Shown here piece after piece: positions 62,650-64,000 of a stretch of DNA of 64,000 nucleotides. The stretch lies in the NCBI GenBank assembly GCA_011109175.1, contig RDEW01000019.1, positions 158,172-222,171 of the forward strand, written 5' to 3'. The number at the start of each line of letters is the position of its first letter. The stretch's first letter is position 1. Origin of the DNA: Dicyema japonicum. Taxonomy: Eukaryota > Animalia > Dicyemida. The notes beneath the pieces are model-generated. The model had not been told where the DNA came from and ran no database searches. It was given only the letters and a program-made list of their open reading frames with translations. The translations under genes and the position numbers were made by a program.

Positions 62650-63620
62650 AATGTCATTAAGGTATGTGCCTTCGTGGTCGATTGTAACTTATATGTAACG
62701 GAGTGACCGCACTCTCGTTAGTCCCAGTGTGTATAGTTGAGCATGCGGCCGTTTGAGTCGACTTATCTTCATTGAGTTTGATTTTTCAGCAAAAATCTTC
62801 TGACCTCTTCTGTCACACCAGTATAATTTTTAAGTCTTCTTTTTGACAAGGCTGATATACCTGGCTCAAGACAGAATCCTGTGGGACACTTCTCGCAACG
62901 GGAACCCCTTCTGATAAGAACCCCACAATTTCTTCCGTCAAGAATAATTTCAGACATATGAAAAGGGGTTTGTCGACACCAGTTGTGACAGAAGGACTTG
63001 GTGGCAAACACTATCGAATGCCTTGGAGAAAACCAGGCATATCAGGTTCAGGTGCCTCCTGTTGCTGACTGTCCTTATGTGTTTGGTATTCAAGAAGTAC
63101 AGTCAATGCATGAATTCCCATTGCTATGAGAAAAGAATTACGCCTGTCAATATCCCGACACAGCCTCTTGAAGATCCCTACTCACGGAAGCTACGACCAG
63201 TAGTCGTGGATCCGGATTCCTCCCCGTTTGTGAAGAGGGTGGAAACCTGCTTCACTTATTCATATCAAGGCAAAAGAGAACCGATTGGTACACAAGTTCC
63301 ATCCCTAAGAGTAGGCTCTTTTGTAGGAGCAATTAAAGATCACAGACCTTGGATGGCGTAGTTGATTGGAGGAACTAGGATAACCTAACTGTTTGACGTT
63401 TTTTTCTGTCTTTTTTATCGGTGATCCCGGAGTTCTAAATAAAGAAATCTCAACACATGGATAGGGTAAGTGTAGCTCTTTTCTTTCAAATGCCACCACG
63501 TCATCGGCGAACCACGTGACATTATTCCAATCCCACGACATGCGTTGGAAACTCAGATGCCTTTTTAGCGTCATTCGTAACGGAACTCCGTCTAGGATAT
63601 CACTGACTACACTATGCTCC
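62650..63620 (-). mobile_element. CR1/L2/Jockey-like RT fragment, degraded
   Basis: VFSKAFDSVCHQVLL and VPQDSVLS motifs. Confidence 0.5.
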
Positions 63621-64000
63621 ATGACACTGGAAATCTCTTACTTGTGGCAACCAAAATCTGATTCCCCAGACTTTCTCCAACATTAGTCAACGCATATCTT
63701 CCACCTTTAATTTCTACTCTTCACGAGCTCTCAGATTCTTTCACCTCACTGAAGAATATGCTTGTGACTTCAATACGAAGCATCCATTATGGTTTCTAAT
63801 ACAGTACCATGACAAGAATATCTATGGTCTCTGTATACTCAACGATCAGGCTTTCCATACAAGAACACCAACTCGATGAAATGATAAACACTCATCTATT
63901 GATATCTCACTGTCATCTCCCATCCTAGCCTCTCTTATGAAACCAGGAGTGACCATAACCGATATTTTGGAGGTCAAGACGAAATCACGGATGGGAAAAC

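Overview
AT-rich eukaryotic window, almost certainly from an animal with ultra-short spliceosomal introns. PPP1R15 and LRR1 are animal-type genes and the U5 snRNA core is animal-like; a dicyemid or myxozoan-type parasite is my inference, not established. Manual splicing recovers three conserved genes with 21-27 nt GT-AG introns (LRR1, CK2-beta, kaptin/KPTN; one KPTN intron may be 34 nt), plus an intronless PPP1R15 (GADD34/CReP-like) ORF and a U5 snRNA. Much of the remainder is transposon debris: CRE, RTE, R4/Dong-like and Jockey-like LINEs, two pogo/Tigger elements, two hAT elements with target-site duplications, a Merlin transposase, a tRNA-derived SINE family and a second SINE-like family. 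A few decayed intron-bearing genes are also present. The standout is the 102-bp tandem array at 47.6-49.2 kb. It resolves into alternating 27-nt phase-1 micro-exons and 23/25-nt GT-AG introns, downstream of a signal-peptide-like exon and three more phase-1 micro-exons. This gives a predicted 36-exon micro-exon gene encoding a secreted Ser/Thr-rich mucin-like protein. All gene models are by-eye translations without database searches or RNA evidence; coordinates of degraded TE fragments are approximate.
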